Positions 9,722 to 20,503 of a stretch of 64,000 nt of DNA are shown here, piece after piece. The translations under genes and the position numbers were made by a program. The stretch spans positions 5,280,001 through 5,344,000 of the forward strand of contig OY771506.1 of the NCBI GenBank assembly GCA_963674705.1, read 5' to 3'. Position 1 is the stretch's first letter. Every line of letters starts with the position of its first letter. Source of the DNA: Phycisphaeraceae bacterium (GTDB lineage Bacteria > Planctomycetota > Phycisphaerae > Phycisphaerales > Phycisphaeraceae). The notes beneath the pieces are model-generated. The model had not been told where the DNA came from and did not search any database. It worked only from the letters and a program-made list of their open reading frames with translations.

Positions 9722-12700
9722 TCATGCCGTACGTCGTCTGCTGATTACCGCACCGAACAGCACACCAAGCAAACAGCACATCGTCGGCTCAGGAATATTC
9801 GCGTTGGCTTGCGGCGGTGTACCGGTATTCCAGTTGGTTAACACACCATCAAGATCACCCAGGCCCACGTAGCCGTCGCCGTCGTAATCGCCGGAGGCAA
9901 GATCGCCTGGCGTAACGTTCGTATTCCAGTTATTCAAGATGATGTCCAGGTCGTCCAGGCCGACGTAGCCGTCGCCGTTCAGATCACCATCGATCGGCAT
10001 GTTAAACAGCACATATTCGATCGCGTCGATGTCGCCGCTGTTGATCAGGTACCCGGGGACCTGGCCGGTCAATGCCCCGCCGTCGGCTGTGGCATACAAG
10101 CCAACCGCAAGATAGACCTGCTCGGGCATGAAGCCGAATAACTGCACAAGATCGATCACACCTTCCAGCACACCGCCGTTGCCGCCGGTTGCGGCTTCGG
10201 CATAACCAGAAACATCAAACCAGCCTTCGTAATCGTTGTCGTTTTCATCGGCCAGGTAAGCGTCCCATGCTGCGATCTGCCCGCTCTTGGCCCAGTTGGC
10301 GTCCGTCATCGCGCCGGGATCAAGCGCGAGATAAATGAAGACATCATCTCCCTCGCCCGCATCATCGGTCGCGACATACAAAACCGAGCCATCGACTGCG
10401 GCATACAACGATTGCCCCGAGTCGCTGGCGACCAGTTCTGCGCCCGCATCGAGCTGCCCATCCATCACAAAGTCCGGGGGCTGAGCGCCGCTGAGCGAAA
10501 AGTGCCAATCTGAGCCGTTGTTATTATCCCATGTGCCGGAGCCATCGTTGAACACCATGTCGATCTGCGAAGCAGAAGCAAGCGTCGGCACGGTGAGAGA
10601 CCAGAGTGAATCCGTTGCGTTCCAATCCATCTCCAGATCAGTCATGACGGTGGACCAGCTATCGAAGCCGTAATGCAGGAAGACCTGCTGTGAGCCGTCG
10701 AGCACGCCGCCGGTTGGATCGTAAGTGATCGTGACCAGTTCCCCTGCGGTGGCGGGATCAGGGTCGATCGTGACTATGACATCGGGCGACACCAAAGATG
10801 AGCCGACAAAGACATGCTGGATATCCGTGCGGGTGATGTTACCGAGGCTGTCGACCGCTTCGACGTAGTAATCGACAAGGACATCTTCCAGGCCCGTGAT
10901 ATATCCGCCGTAACGTTCGGCCCGATACGTCGGGGCGAGGATGTTCGCCGGCGGCGCGACATCACTGGAACTCATCGGCACACTGACCCAGTTGCCGACC
11001 TCTGAACCACCTGCATAGGTTTCGTTCTGGATCGAATCCAATGGATTAAAACCATCATCATCGATGCGGTACTTCAACACGACATCGGTCAGGCCGCTGA
11101 CGTCGTAGGCATACGTCCAGATCTCGAAGTCGCTCGGTTCATCACCCGGGCCCCATTCCTGTCCGCCGGGGTTGTACGATTCACGCTGCGGGATAAACAC
11201 GCTCGGTGGCGTCGTTTCATCGCCTGTGTAGCTGTTGATCACCTGGTCCGCCTGCGCTACTGCCAGGTTGCTGCCGCGCGTCACATTGGAATCCCACACT
11301 TCAGTGCCGTCCCAGTACCAGTAGTCACTGGACTCGGCCGCCATCAGGTAACGCCAGGCTCGCTCGGTCGGCGTGCCGGTCGCGTTAAGGATGTTGTCCA
11401 GATTCGTCGCCGGCGCGATGTCATCTGCGGTAAAGACGCGGTTCTTCGCTGCGGTTAATACTGCCCATGAATTACGGTCCGGGCTCCAACCGGTTGAATC
11501 AGTATCTCCTAGCCACTTTTTAAATTCCGGGTCGCCGTTGTCCGCCCCCGCCCACGAACCGTTCTCGATATGCACCACATCATTTGAATCAACAGGATAG
11601 CGATCCAGGTAATCCTGGACCGTGGTCACATCGTAATTGCTGTTCGATTGTGCCCAACTGACCATGCTCTGGAAGTTGGAGTGGTAGTACGAATCGCTGC
11701 CCCCGCCGTAGTTATCGCCGTCGTGGTGCAGCATGACGAACATCGGGTGGTCCGGGTCGGTGTTGAACTGGCGGTACTGCTCCATCACCTGCTCGTACTG
11801 AAGCGCCCCGAAGCCGCCGCGTCCATCTTCGTTGCCTTCATATCGCGCAGCAGGCACCGCGACGATCTGACTGATCGCGCCTGAGTTCGGATCGACGTAC
11901 TGCACGTTGTGTGGCCGATATGCGAACGGCGCCGCTACTTTGCTTGGGGCCCAAAGGTCGTTGAGTTGAATCCATTGCCCACCATCAGCGGTGATATCAG
12001 GATTGATCTGGTCGGCCTTGTTCGGCGCGTAAAGGTTGGATGCGTTGGTGTGCGGATAGCCTTGCGTGGCTCGTTCGATGTGGATCGAATCCACGATACT
12101 CCATTCGATCCCTTCTTCGACTAACGCGGGAATGATCCGGTTGCTGAACGCCGTCTCCGGCGGGAAGATGCCTTTGCTGAACGGCACGTTCGGCCCCCAT
12201 GTCAATTCATGGATGCGCTTCTGCAGCTTGATCTGCATCGTGATGTCGCGCACATCGAGTAGCGGCATGAGCGGGTGGTTGAACCCGAAGTTCACTAGAT
12301 CAAGCCGAGGGTTGCCCTCAGCCGTGTCCCACTGCGCTGCTGTTTTGTATGACGCTTCCCAGTTCGTCCACTGCCCGCCGTTGACGCCCGCCGCTTCTAG
12401 CGTGTTGAGGTTCTGGATCAGGGAGCCGGAGAAGGACACCTGCGCCCCGAGATGCGACAGCGACAAACCCGACTGGATCGCATCCTTAGGCCAGGTTGTG
12501 TAAGGCCCAAGCCGTTGGTTGTGCACATCTGTCACACTGAATGAGAACACCCCCGACGCGTCCGTCTGCAGGATCGTCTGCCCCGGGATGTACTGAGGCT
12601 GATGCATGTGCCAGAGGAAGCCGACGTTCATGGTTTCCTGGCCATGCGCTGAGGTCACAAACGGAGAATTGGCAGCGGGCGCGACCAGCCCAAGGCCAAA

Positions 12701-12742
12701 GAGGCAGCTACCAACCCACTTTACAACACGGCAGCAAATCAT
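9722..12742 (-). CDS. Modular GH57-like alpha-glucan hydrolase with starch-binding CBM, dockerin-like repeat and PEP-CTERM
   Basis: Motifs WHMHQP, FPPETAF, HDGDN and AESSDYWYW; CBM25/53-like VFLHYGFDSW...WDNNNGSDW; two DGYVGLxDLD repeats; IPEP-TM-RRR. Confidence 0.8.
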   Translation of the reverse strand: MICCRVVKWVGSCLFGLGLVAPAANSPFVTSAHGQETMNVGFLWHMHQPQYIPGQTILQTDASGVFSFSVTDVHNQRLGPYTTWPKDAIQSGLSLSHLGAQVSFSGSLIQNLNTLEAAGVNGGQWTNWEASYKTAAQWDTAEGNPRLDLVNFGFNHPLMPLLDVRDITMQIKLQKRIHELTWGPNVPFSKGIFPPETAFSNRIIPALVEEGIEWSIVDSIHIERATQGYPHTNASNLYAPNKADQINPDITADGGQWIQLNDLWAPSKVAAPFAYRPHNVQYVDPNSGAISQIVAVPAARYEGNEDGRGGFGALQYEQVMEQYRQFNTDPDHPMFVMLHHDGDNYGGGSDSYYHSNFQSMVSWAQSNSNYDVTTVQDYLDRYPVDSNDVVHIENGSWAGADNGDPEFKKWLGDTDSTGWSPDRNSWAVLTAAKNRVFTADDIAPATNLDNILNATGTPTERAWRYLMAAESSDYWYWDGTEVWDSNVTRGSNLAVAQADQVINSYTGDETTPPSVFIPQRESYNPGGQEWGPGDEPSDFEIWTYAYDVSGLTDVVLKYRIDDDGFNPLDSIQNETYAGGSEVGNWVSVPMSSSDVAPPANILAPTYRAERYGGYITGLEDVLVDYYVEAVDSLGNITRTDIQHVFVGSSLVSPDVIVTIDPDPATAGELVTITYDPTGGVLDGSQQVFLHYGFDSWSTVMTDLEMDWNATDSLWSLTVPTLASASQIDMVFNDGSGTWDNNNGSDWHFSLSGAQPPDFVMDGQLDAGAELVASDSGQSLYAAVDGSVLYVATDDAGEGDDVFIYLALDPGAMTDANWAKSGQIAAWDAYLADENDNDYEGWFDVSGYAEAATGGNGGVLEGVIDLVQLFGFMPEQVYLAVGLYATADGGALTGQVPGYLINSGDIDAIEYVLFNMPIDGDLNGDGYVGLDDLDIILNNWNTNVTPGDLASGDYDGDGYVGLGDLDGVLTNWNTGTPPQANANIPEPTMCCLLGVLFGAVISRRRTA

Positions 12743-13748
12743 CGAGACTCCTCCAAAACCCCCAATTTAACCGGTTAAACTGAGGCTTCATTGTAGCATG
12801 CTTCATCTGAAATACACCCCTGAACTTCAAGCCACTTCGCCTTTATCGCATGAATAATGCCTGTCTTGGGGTCTACCTCTAAACGGCTTGCGGGTTGTAA
12901 CAACACTTGTTGAATCCGTCGCGAATGAGCGCGCATGGCTGGCGTGGGAATGCGGCCGCAGCCAGTCGCTACGGTGACTGGTTGATCTTGGATATTGCGG
13001 CGATATTTGATGGATTCTGTGCTCGCTTTCATCGCGACGGCCATGTCCACCCCTCCCCCCTCCCCTGTGAGACGAATTTTTACCGTAACTCTTTTGGGTG
13101 GTATGTCTTAGCCGATGTCCGGCAAAATTGGGTAGGACGTCCGCCCCTTGACTGGCCACCGCCGCACGAGCGGTGTCGGCGTTGTGATGGCGGCTCGTAA
13201 TATCCGGTTTAGCCATGGGTTGCGGGGAGCAAGCGATTATGGGGATTGACAAAGCGTCGCTCTTGTGCGCACGGGAGGCGGACACGGATCGGACAGGACC
13301 CGGCCGGGTTGTTGAGGACGTTGGATTCGTAGACATGCAAGGGTGAGTGACCATGATCAGCTCGCGGGTGTGTGCTAATTGACAATACGATCCCCTTATA
13401 GGGGCAAACGACAGCTTTGTGCGCGCGGTATGGGATTGGTGGCTTAGTTCACCTTGCACGGGATCTGATGCTCGATCGATGTCCGAGCCGACGGGGGCTC
13501 AGGGCGGACCGAGTCGGGGGCGACGCGGCTCTGATGGTGGTCGTGGGTCATTATAAAAATAGGTTGCTTTTTGAAGCCCGGCCATTGCATGGCCAGGGCC
13601 TTCAGATGCAACCTGTGGGCTTCGATGCGCGAAGTATTCAAACAGCCCCAATACCAAATGCAAAATGTTGTACCAGTGACATTGCAGTCAGAGACTGTAT
13701 CATCGGCCTTACAGGTATCGTGATCTGTAGGTTTATCCGGAGTTTCCC

Positions 13749-14948
13749 ATGAGCGTGCATGTCCGTGAAGCGCATTTGAAGACCGCACAAAAGCTGGTGG
13801 ATGAAACCCGCGCCAACGGGGGGTTGGCGCCGATCGACCTTGATAAGTTCTGGGCGGATGACGCAGTAGCCCGTTCGGATACATGGAGCGAAACGTGCCC
13901 GCAGATGCCTTTGGGCATCCTGATGTCGCATGAGTGCGTGTGGGCGGAACTGGGTATTGAGGAGGACTGGTACAAGCTGCTGCACGACCAGGCGTACAAC
14001 CTGGAACTTTGCAAGCGCTACAACGACAAGGCGGAGCAGATCGTCGGCCGGCGGATCGTGCGGGAGGTCCAGCCGACGCCCCCGGAGCTCCGCTGGCCCG
14101 AGCCAAAACAGCTATTTCATATCTTCGAGGGCCAGGAGGTTTGGGAAGGCTGGTCGTATTGGCTGCCGGAAGTGGTCAACACGCCAAAGGATCTGGAAGC
14201 GTTACTCGACCGTGTAGAGAAGCGATTGGAAGACCTACGGTCTTTTCTGTTGCCGTCGGAATGGGATAAGCAGAAGGATCGTCTGCAAGGTCTTGGCATC
14301 CCCTCGCCGACGTATCGCGGGCAGCGCGGTCCGGTTACGTTTGCGATGTCGATCTACGGCGTGGAAAACCTGATCTACCTGATCATGGATGAACCCGACC
14401 TCGCCAAACGTTTCAGTGACCTGATCGCGCGAGCGATCCTCGGCCGGGCGCGCGTGCTGGATGAGGAACGCGGCTGGGAACCGGGCAAGGAAGAGCAGCG
14501 CGGCTGGTACTGGTGCGATGACAACTCGTGCATGTTAAATCCAGAGATGTACGACTTTTTCGCCAAGCCGATCCACCAGGCGGTCTTCGATACCTACAGC
14601 AGCAACCCCGGTGAATTGCGAGGCCAACACTCCGACTCCGACATGGCACAACACCTGCCGACACTGAACGACCTTGGCCTGAACAGCGCCAACTTCGGCC
14701 CGAATCTGACGATCGCGCAGATCCGCGAGAAAATCCCCGACGCCGAGATCCACGGCCAGATGGCGCCATTTACCTTCTGTCGCAACGAAGAAGTCAATAT
14801 CGTCGCTGAGTGTTTGCGTGACTTTGAGATGGCACGCGAAAAGCGAGGCGTTGTTCTCGCAACCGCCGGCTCGATCAACAACGGTTCACGCCTGAGTAGC
14901 CTGCGTCTGATCATGGCCGCGATCCAGCGTTTCGGCAGATACGACTGA
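13749..14948 (+). CDS. Uroporphyrinogen decarboxylase (URO-D/MtaA) superfamily protein
   Basis: GPVTFAMSIYGVENL, CDDNSCMLNPEMYDFFAKP and HGQMAP motifs typical of the URO-D barrel; GGAG RBS. Confidence 0.7.
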   Translation: MSVHVREAHLKTAQKLVDETRANGGLAPIDLDKFWADDAVARSDTWSETCPQMPLGILMSHECVWAELGIEEDWYKLLHDQAYNLELCKRYNDKAEQIVGRRIVREVQPTPPELRWPEPKQLFHIFEGQEVWEGWSYWLPEVVNTPKDLEALLDRVEKRLEDLRSFLLPSEWDKQKDRLQGLGIPSPTYRGQRGPVTFAMSIYGVENLIYLIMDEPDLAKRFSDLIARAILGRARVLDEERGWEPGKEEQRGWYWCDDNSCMLNPEMYDFFAKPIHQAVFDTYSSNPGELRGQHSDSDMAQHLPTLNDLGLNSANFGPNLTIAQIREKIPDAEIHGQMAPFTFCRNEEVNIVAECLRDFEMAREKRGVVLATAGSINNGSRLSSLRLIMAAIQRFGRYD

Positions 14949-17282
14949 GATACGCTCAGGATCAACAACGACATCGATCCCCTCTGGATGAGATATTTGC
15001 AAGGACCACCTCTCGCCTTCGCGATTCAGTTGCAATGCTATCTCACCCATCGGTGTAGGAATACAGCCACGTAAATGCTCCAGATCGAAAACCGGATTAA
15101 CAAGTACGCGCCTGTAACCGGGCTCGATGGGTTTGATCCCGAGGCCGTAGGCGCCGAAGAAGTACGCCGGGATCGCCGACCAGCCATGACACAGACTCCC
15201 CGCGTGATGAAAATCCCAGCCGCCCTGCTCGGTTTCCCAAAAACTTGATGCGCCTTTTAAGAGCATAGGCGACCATCGATCCATGATCGCCGACCACACG
15301 GCAGGACCCAAAGCAGGATCTTGCAGTACTGCTTCATATTTATAAAGCGATTGACTCAGCGTGGTCGTTACGAGCAAATGGTCACCTGATATCAGTCGTT
15401 GTCGCAGCGAATTACTTAGTGCCTTGTCACCTGTGCCTGTAAGCAACATTAAAGCTTGCGTTAGTTCCGCGAAATGTGGCGAGGCGCTATCCCCCACATA
15501 TGTACGATAACAACCCTCTGCATTATCAAAAAAGAGGTTGTGTATCGCCGCTGCACTGTTTTCGACTAACGACCGACACTCCGCCGCATAAGTGTGATCA
15601 CCGATGTATTCCGATACCTTCCCAACCGCCCGAACAGCCATCAACCACAGCGCGTTCAACGGTGCGTCAAATCGTATTCCTTCCACAAGATTCAATCCGT
15701 TGGCCTCAGCCGGGTCAGAACCATCAAGTCCACTGGCCCAATCGTAGAAGTGCCAATACCCATCTCCGCGCGGACATGGCAGCGCATCGTTTACGAGTGT
15801 TGACTGAAAACAACCCATCATCCGCTTGATATCAGGCAACACCTGATGGATATATCCATCATCCCCACCAAAAAGATAGTAATCGCACACTGATAGCAAC
15901 CACGCCATGGTGAATCCCGGAATGGTATAAGCCGAGCGCATGGGTGCACAAAGCGTCGTGTAGCCGTCAATACCTATCGACTTTCGCAGTAATTCCAAGC
16001 TCGCACGGGGGAAGTTATGGTCACCGAACACATAGAAACCACTGAGCATCTGGTTGCGCATATCGTTGGCGTATAGCGCCTGCTCTCGCCATGGACAGTC
16101 TTCATAGTGTTCATACATGCAAAGTCGAAGCGTCTGGATCGATGTCCGCCAGACGTTGTTTGCCAGCGAGTCCGGTGATTCAAATCGGCCTACCTCTTCC
16201 ACAGAATACTTTGCGGCTACCAGCCCAACACGTTCCAATCGCAACTCACCCCTGAGCCCGGTTATATGTACCTGGATGTAACGGCCGGCGTATCTATGGT
16301 GCCAATGCGTGAACGACTGCTTGCCTTCACATGCAACGTAACGCGAAGCAAAACATCGTCCGCCAACGCTCGAACGAACACGCAGATCATCCAGGTGCTC
16401 GCCCACGGAAGTATCGATCACGCAACTATCCGACGCCGACAAACACAAATTCAAGAATCCACAGACTTCGCGACCAAGATCATACACCAGATAGAATCCA
16501 TCTGATCCTTCCAGCCGATCCGACACAAGTGTTACAGATCCACTTACAAGCTTACTCGTTGGAGACTGGTTTTCAAACAACTCCCAGGGATGGCGTGCTG
16601 AAAGAAAGTCACGTTGCATCTGCACACTTACATTCTTTGAGCTTCCCCGTTGAAGCAGACCTTGCGCAACAACAACACCCGCCACAGACTCACTCGTGTC
16701 AAGCATCTTCACCGGTCTTGGTCGAGGTTGCTGGTTGCAGGTGATTACTTGTGGAGCCGTCCAGGCTTCATCACAGACATGCTCAGGCATCTGCCAGGTA
16801 GGTCCCGGCAGCGCCGCATAGTGGAATGTGAATCCACGTTGTGGCGTCATTCTTGTAGTAGTTTCCGAAGTGTATTGTTTTGAGAGACGACTCATCGTTT
16901 GTGAGTCACTTCGTACAACAACTTCGCCATCTTTATCCAGTTCGTACCACAATCCCGCTCCGCCGGGGATATAGGATGAATTATCCACACCGCAGTAATA
17001 AACCTGGATTGCGAGCTCATTCTGGCCTTGCTGAATCAGTGGCGTGAGATCGATCGTAGAAAAGGTCCGGTCGTCAGGAAAGTCGCTGTACTGGCCGCTT
17101 CCGATGTATGCGCCATTGAGCCATGCCGCAAAATTGCTGTCGACACTGATACGAAGTGACCACAGACCGCCCAAATGCCCCACATGGATAACACGGTAAA
17201 AATCGGCGTAATAATTGATCGCCTGATCGGGTATGCGATCCAGCCAGATCCAGCTTGTGTGGACGGTTTTTTCATCTGTCAT
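14886..17282 (-). CDS. Glycoside hydrolase family 78 (alpha-L-rhamnosidase-like)
   Basis: YDLGREVCG, EDCPWREQALY, SFWE, SLCHGWSA and IPTPMGEI. Confidence 0.85.
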   Translation of the reverse strand: MTDEKTVHTSWIWLDRIPDQAINYYADFYRVIHVGHLGGLWSLRISVDSNFAAWLNGAYIGSGQYSDFPDDRTFSTIDLTPLIQQGQNELAIQVYYCGVDNSSYIPGGAGLWYELDKDGEVVVRSDSQTMSRLSKQYTSETTTRMTPQRGFTFHYAALPGPTWQMPEHVCDEAWTAPQVITCNQQPRPRPVKMLDTSESVAGVVVAQGLLQRGSSKNVSVQMQRDFLSARHPWELFENQSPTSKLVSGSVTLVSDRLEGSDGFYLVYDLGREVCGFLNLCLSASDSCVIDTSVGEHLDDLRVRSSVGGRCFASRYVACEGKQSFTHWHHRYAGRYIQVHITGLRGELRLERVGLVAAKYSVEEVGRFESPDSLANNVWRTSIQTLRLCMYEHYEDCPWREQALYANDMRNQMLSGFYVFGDHNFPRASLELLRKSIGIDGYTTLCAPMRSAYTIPGFTMAWLLSVCDYYLFGGDDGYIHQVLPDIKRMMGCFQSTLVNDALPCPRGDGYWHFYDWASGLDGSDPAEANGLNLVEGIRFDAPLNALWLMAVRAVGKVSEYIGDHTYAAECRSLVENSAAAIHNLFFDNAEGCYRTYVGDSASPHFAELTQALMLLTGTGDKALSNSLRQRLISGDHLLVTTTLSQSLYKYEAVLQDPALGPAVWSAIMDRWSPMLLKGASSFWETEQGGWDFHHAGSLCHGWSAIPAYFFGAYGLGIKPIEPGYRRVLVNPVFDLEHLRGCIPTPMGEIALQLNREGERWSLQISHPEGIDVVVDPERISVVSAETLDRGHDQTQATQA

Positions 17283-17420
17283 CGCATGGCTCCAGCATCA
17301 GATTATAACTGAACGTTCAGCCCACTGGATCGCGCTATGGAAACCGCTTTTGCAGTTTGCATGATAGAATACACGCTTGGATATTGGCAGTCCGATTGGT
17401 ACTCCAGATACGGATCCATC

Positions 17421-18134
17421 ATGTTTCGAGTCATACTTGTTCTATCGCTGGCGTTTTTGTTTCTCCCTGTTACCGGATGCACCTCGGCGGAGTATTCAAA
17501 ACTACTCCAACCGCCTTTTGATCAGGCCGATCCGGGATCCGTATTGGCTTCAGACCTATGGCCAATGAAAGCTCAATCGCACAGCGTGGTTGTCACCGAC
17601 CAAGGACAACAACATGAGACGACAGACCAAACCACATCCATAGGCTCCAACGTCTGGCGCATGAGTGTCAATGGGTTCTGGATCGTGGAGGCGAGAGCAG
17701 AGGAGGACGGCTCGCTGGTCATCTTGAGTGAACTTGAACAGGCCGAAGCCAGGCGTGTTGAATATGACCCTCCCCTGCCGCTACTGCCTGCCGAATTGTG
17801 GACGGGTCAACCGGTCCGGTATACGAGTGAAGCCTATCTATACAACCACGACAGCGGCGCACTGGAAGCGACGGGCGAGGTCGTAGCCACCTATAGACTG
17901 CTGGGGAAAAAGGTGCTCAGCCCGGGGGGATTATTGCCCGGCGACGCACCAGAAGAAGCCGTCTATGTCGTCGAAACCGAACGCCACTACGACATGCCGT
18001 TGGTAGCGGTGCAGATGAAGATACTTTCCGCCTACAAACCCGGCTCGGGTCCGGTCGCCGGCCGAACCACCAGAACCGTCAAGCTGTTTGGTCTACTGCC
18101 AATCCAGCATGTGATAAGCGTGGAACAACGCTGA
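17421..18134 (+). CDS. Hypothetical lipoprotein
   Basis: MFRVILVLSLAFLFLPVTGC lipobox; continuous ORF. Confidence 0.65.
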   Translation: MFRVILVLSLAFLFLPVTGCTSAEYSKLLQPPFDQADPGSVLASDLWPMKAQSHSVVVTDQGQQHETTDQTTSIGSNVWRMSVNGFWIVEARAEEDGSLVILSELEQAEARRVEYDPPLPLLPAELWTGQPVRYTSEAYLYNHDSGALEATGEVVATYRLLGKKVLSPGGLLPGDAPEEAVYVVETERHYDMPLVAVQMKILSAYKPGSGPVAGRTTRTVKLFGLLPIQHVISVEQR

Positions 18135-18321
18135 GAACAAAAACACCGGTGAGCAGCTTTTTATCTGGAATAATCTCAGCGGACGCGCTATCGCTGCACC
18201 ACAACTGTTATTTATTCACCAATTGGCCAGCTTATCGGACGTCTCGGACGTCTGCTTATCAAGTTACGGGTTAATACAAACGATAAGACTTACGAGATGA
18301 CGCTTTTCCAGGAGGCAGTAG

Positions 18322-18513
18322 ATGTCAGGCGTGGTACGCTTAATCTGTCCGAACCTTAAGTGTAGAAAGATCCTATCCGTGCCGGAGTCGGCACGCGGGA
18401 AAAAAGTACGTTGCCGAGGTTGTGGCATGCGCGTTCAGATCCCAACCAAAGACACGCTCTCATCCAAGACTTCGCCTCCCAAAGAAAATGAACAAGCGGA
18501 AGATGCTGCATAA
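18322..18513 (+). CDS. Small zinc-ribbon protein
   Basis: CPNLKC...CRGC, AGGAGG RBS, followed by a terminator. Confidence 0.75.
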   Translation: MSGVVRLICPNLKCRKILSVPESARGKKVRCRGCGMRVQIPTKDTLSSKTSPPKENEQAEDAA

Positions 18514-18555
18514 AAATTAGCAGCTGCTTCATACTCACATACATGTTTATCAAAT

Positions 18556-18591
18556 AAACGCCCCCCGGTTATTACCGAGGGGTTTGTTTTT
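18556..18591. terminator. Intrinsic terminator, possibly bidirectional
   Basis: CCCCCGGT-TATT-ACCGAGGGG stem followed by TTTGTTTTT, between convergent genes. Confidence 0.65.
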
Positions 18592-18624
18592 AAAAAGCAT
18601 CAGTTGATTCGGTCCGACAAGAAC

Positions 18625-19137
18625 TCAGCTCTTGCTGTCCAGATCAGGCAGTTCGATCTCTGCCAATTGATCCAGTGCGGCGATCGGGTCATCGTCTTCA
18701 TCACTGTCGTGCATGGTATCGCCGATCCCGCTATCGGAGATCGAGCCTATTTCTTCGAGCATGTCAGTTGGCAGAACAACCGATTCATCGTCGTCGGCTT
18801 CCTGGGAGTCCACAAGCGAACGGACCGGCTTAATGGTATTCGGCTTGCCATTGATCACCACGGTGAAGACAACCGGTCCAACGACCAACTCATCGCCTGC
18901 TTCGAGAACCGCATGGTTGACCCGGATATTATTGTGGAACGTGCCATTGCTGGACCCGACATCGCGCACGACAACCTTGTCGCCCTCGATCTTCAGTTCA
19001 CAATGTTTGCGGGAGACGCTCGATAATGGGATACGCAGGTCGCAAGAATTTTTACGGCCGATCACAAACCCATCGGGCTTGACGGGGAACTCCCGTCGGG
19101 TACTGTCCGCTTTAAACATGACCAACACGACATTCAT
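18625..19137 (-). CDS. FHA domain protein with acidic tail
   Basis: IGR, VSRKH and SSNGT motifs. Confidence 0.9.
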   Translation of the reverse strand: MNVVLVMFKADSTRREFPVKPDGFVIGRKNSCDLRIPLSSVSRKHCELKIEGDKVVVRDVGSSNGTFHNNIRVNHAVLEAGDELVVGPVVFTVVINGKPNTIKPVRSLVDSQEADDDESVVLPTDMLEEIGSISDSGIGDTMHDSDEDDDPIAALDQLAEIELPDLDSKS

Positions 19138-19177
19138 GAGGCCGCCTCGCTTCCCCGATTGATCGTAACCCTATACA

Positions 19178-20503
19178 TTGCAAGAGTGTAACCCCACTAG
19201 TACCCAAGTTCAACCCCCTGCTGAAATAGGTTCTCAAAGCCCTGTTTCAGTCCATGGGGTGTACCTGCATGTGCCTTTCTGCTTCCACAAGTGCCACTAT
19301 TGTGACTTTTTCAGCATCGTTGAACCCAAGGGCCGTGAGGATCGGCAGGAGACGTTCACCGACGCGCTGATCCGGGAGTTGCATGCTCACATTGATTTAT
19401 ATCACCTTAAACCACAGACCCTTTTCGTCGGTGGTGGCACCCCGACACTGCTGAGGCCACAGCTTTGGGACAGGCTGCTCGGAGCCATATCTGATGCGGG
19501 TTTACTGGATTCAGTCACTGAATTCACGGTCGAAGCAAACCCCGAAACCGTAACCGCAGAATTGATGGCAATCCTGGCTAAAGGCGGCGTCAATCGGCTT
19601 TCGATGGGGGCACAATCCTTCAATCCAGAGCACCTGAAAACTCTCGAACGCTGGCACGACCCGGAAACCGTACCCCGGGCCATGCTCCTGGCTCGCGAAG
19701 CCGGCATCAAAAACCTGAACCTTGACCTGATCTTCGCCATACCCGGCCAGACTTTGAGCGACCTGGATCAGGACCTGGACACGATGCTGGAATTCAATCC
19801 TACGCACCTGTCCTGCTACAGCCTCATCTTCGAGCCCAACACCCCGCTGACGCAGAAGATGAAGCTTGGTCGGATCAGCCCCGTGGGCGAAGAAATTGAA
19901 CGTGACATGTACGACCACGTCATGAACCGCCTTGAAGATGCGGACTTTGAACACTACGAGATCAGCAACTGGGCGAAACGAGTGCCGAAGGCGCTGGACC
20001 CTAAAACCGAGCTGTCGGGCAACCGATGGGTCATGCCGGGTTGCTGCTCTATTATTGGCGATGACGACGTTTTTTCTTTGAGCGAGACCCAATCCCTGAC
20101 ACCCGAGACCCGATCCAACACCTGCCAACACAACCTCATCTACTGGCACAACAAAAACTGGCTGGGTTTAGGCCCAAGCGCTGCCAGCCACATCAACGGG
20201 CATCGCTGGAAGAACGAGCCGCACCTCGGCCGATATATCGCCGGTTCACCAAGTCCTCCAACACTCGATCACGAACAACTCCCTCCCCGCCGACGCCTCG
20301 GGGAACAGATCATGCTCGGTCTTCGCCTGCGCCAAGGTGTGCAACTCGACTGGCTTCAAGCAAATCTGCTGCCTGATGATCCACGACATGCAACGATCGA
20401 TGAACTGATTCAGATCGGTATGCTCGAAAAAACCGAATCACACTTGCGTCTGACCCGCCGTGGTTTATTCCTGGCCGACAGTGTGATTGCCAAACTGCTT
20501 TAA
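19178..20503 (+). CDS. hemW: Radical SAM heme chaperone HemW
   Basis: YLHVPFCFHKCHYCDF, GGGTP, EANPE, YEISNWA and CQHN. The start codon is uncertain. Confidence 0.88.
   Translation: MQECNPTSTQVQPPAEIGSQSPVSVHGVYLHVPFCFHKCHYCDFFSIVEPKGREDRQETFTDALIRELHAHIDLYHLKPQTLFVGGGTPTLLRPQLWDRLLGAISDAGLLDSVTEFTVEANPETVTAELMAILAKGGVNRLSMGAQSFNPEHLKTLERWHDPETVPRAMLLAREAGIKNLNLDLIFAIPGQTLSDLDQDLDTMLEFNPTHLSCYSLIFEPNTPLTQKMKLGRISPVGEEIERDMYDHVMNRLEDADFEHYEISNWAKRVPKALDPKTELSGNRWVMPGCCSIIGDDDVFSLSETQSLTPETRSNTCQHNLIYWHNKNWLGLGPSAASHINGHRWKNEPHLGRYIAGSPSPPTLDHEQLPPRRRLGEQIMLGLRLRQGVQLDWLQANLLPDDPRHATIDELIQIGMLEKTESHLRLTRRGLFLADSVIAKLL

Noticed and set aside
12827..13459. 210-aa ORF in the intergenic gap
   Set aside because: S/R/H-rich composition, no motif and no clear RBS.
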